DNA from: Negaprion brevirostris
Lineage: Eukaryota
DNA: 64,000 bases
Assembly: GCA_030324005.1 (NCBI GenBank)
Contig: JARDVH010000110.1
Coordinates: forward strand, 35,365,483-35,429,482
Direction of reading: 5' to 3'
Position 1 is the stretch's first letter. Each line of letters starts with the position of its first letter. Shown here one piece after another: positions 63,510 through 64,000 of this stretch. The notes below the pieces were generated by a model. It saw only the letters and a program-made list of their open reading frames with translations, ran no database searches and was not told the origin of the DNA. Both the position numbers and the translations under genes were made by a program.

Positions 63510-63830
63510 CTTGGCTAACATTCCAGTGCAGTCCAGAGGGAGTGCTGCATTGTCTTGAGGTAAAATTTGAGGCCCCATCTATCCTCTCAGGGGGTTGTTT
63601 CTCAAAGAAGAACAAGTGAGTAATTATTGGTGTCTGGGTCATATATATCTCCCAATCAACATCATTGAGAAAAGATTATCTGGTTATTATCATATTGCTG
63701 TTTATGGAAGCTTGCCGCATGCAAGTTGGCTGCTACATTTCCTACATTACAACAGTGACATAGCTTCAAAAGCACTTCATTTGCTGTAAAGCACTTTGGG
63801 ACAAGTAATTGTGAAAGGCACTCTAAATTC
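63510..63830 (+). mobile_element. DeuSINE (SacSINE1/AmnSINE1-like)
   Basis: ccagtgcagtccagagggagtgctgcattgtc...gaggccccatctatcctctcagg...attgctgtttatggaagcttgc...ctgtaaagcactttgggac...gtgaaaggcact. Confidence 0.85.
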
Positions 63831-64000
63831 TCTCTATGTTTTAGCAACGAGGAAATGAATGCATTGATTGTATAGCTGTTTGTCCAGTTCTTCCAATAAA
63901 GCTTTTCTTGCCAAATAAAGTCACTTTACACCTTCCTGCCCCCTCCTCCCACACATGCTCATACAAAGACTCTCGCTGACAATGACGGCTGCCAATTCCC

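Overview
This is eukaryotic, not prokaryotic, DNA: a repeat-dense intronic or intergenic stretch of a cartilaginous-fish (shark-like) draft genome with many N gaps. The taxon is inferred from its V-SINE/HE1-type SINEs, CR1 LINEs with matching tails, DeuSINEs and shark-type Penelope termini. No intact host gene is recognisable, and most ORFs in the track are noise or decayed transposon fragments. Supported content includes many CR1 fragments (ORF1, APE endonuclease, RT, 3' tails), Rex1/Babar, L2 and a third CR1/L2-group LINE, several tRNA-derived SINE families, two decayed Gypsy elements (one with both LTRs), Harbinger transposase relics and MITEs, and at least three Penelope-like families with degenerate hammerhead cores. 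The most interesting signal is four Penelope-like insertions that all have a fold-back layout (antisense arm, then sense arm). Two of them are tiny TSD-flanked hairpins whose arms share the same private rearrangement, which suggests the inverted arm was copied from the nascent cDNA. Weaker candidates include a minus-strand Kozak-MGNC first exon at about 22.95 kb. Repeat boundaries were read by eye and are approximate unless a motif is quoted. Family names come from recalled motifs, not database searches.
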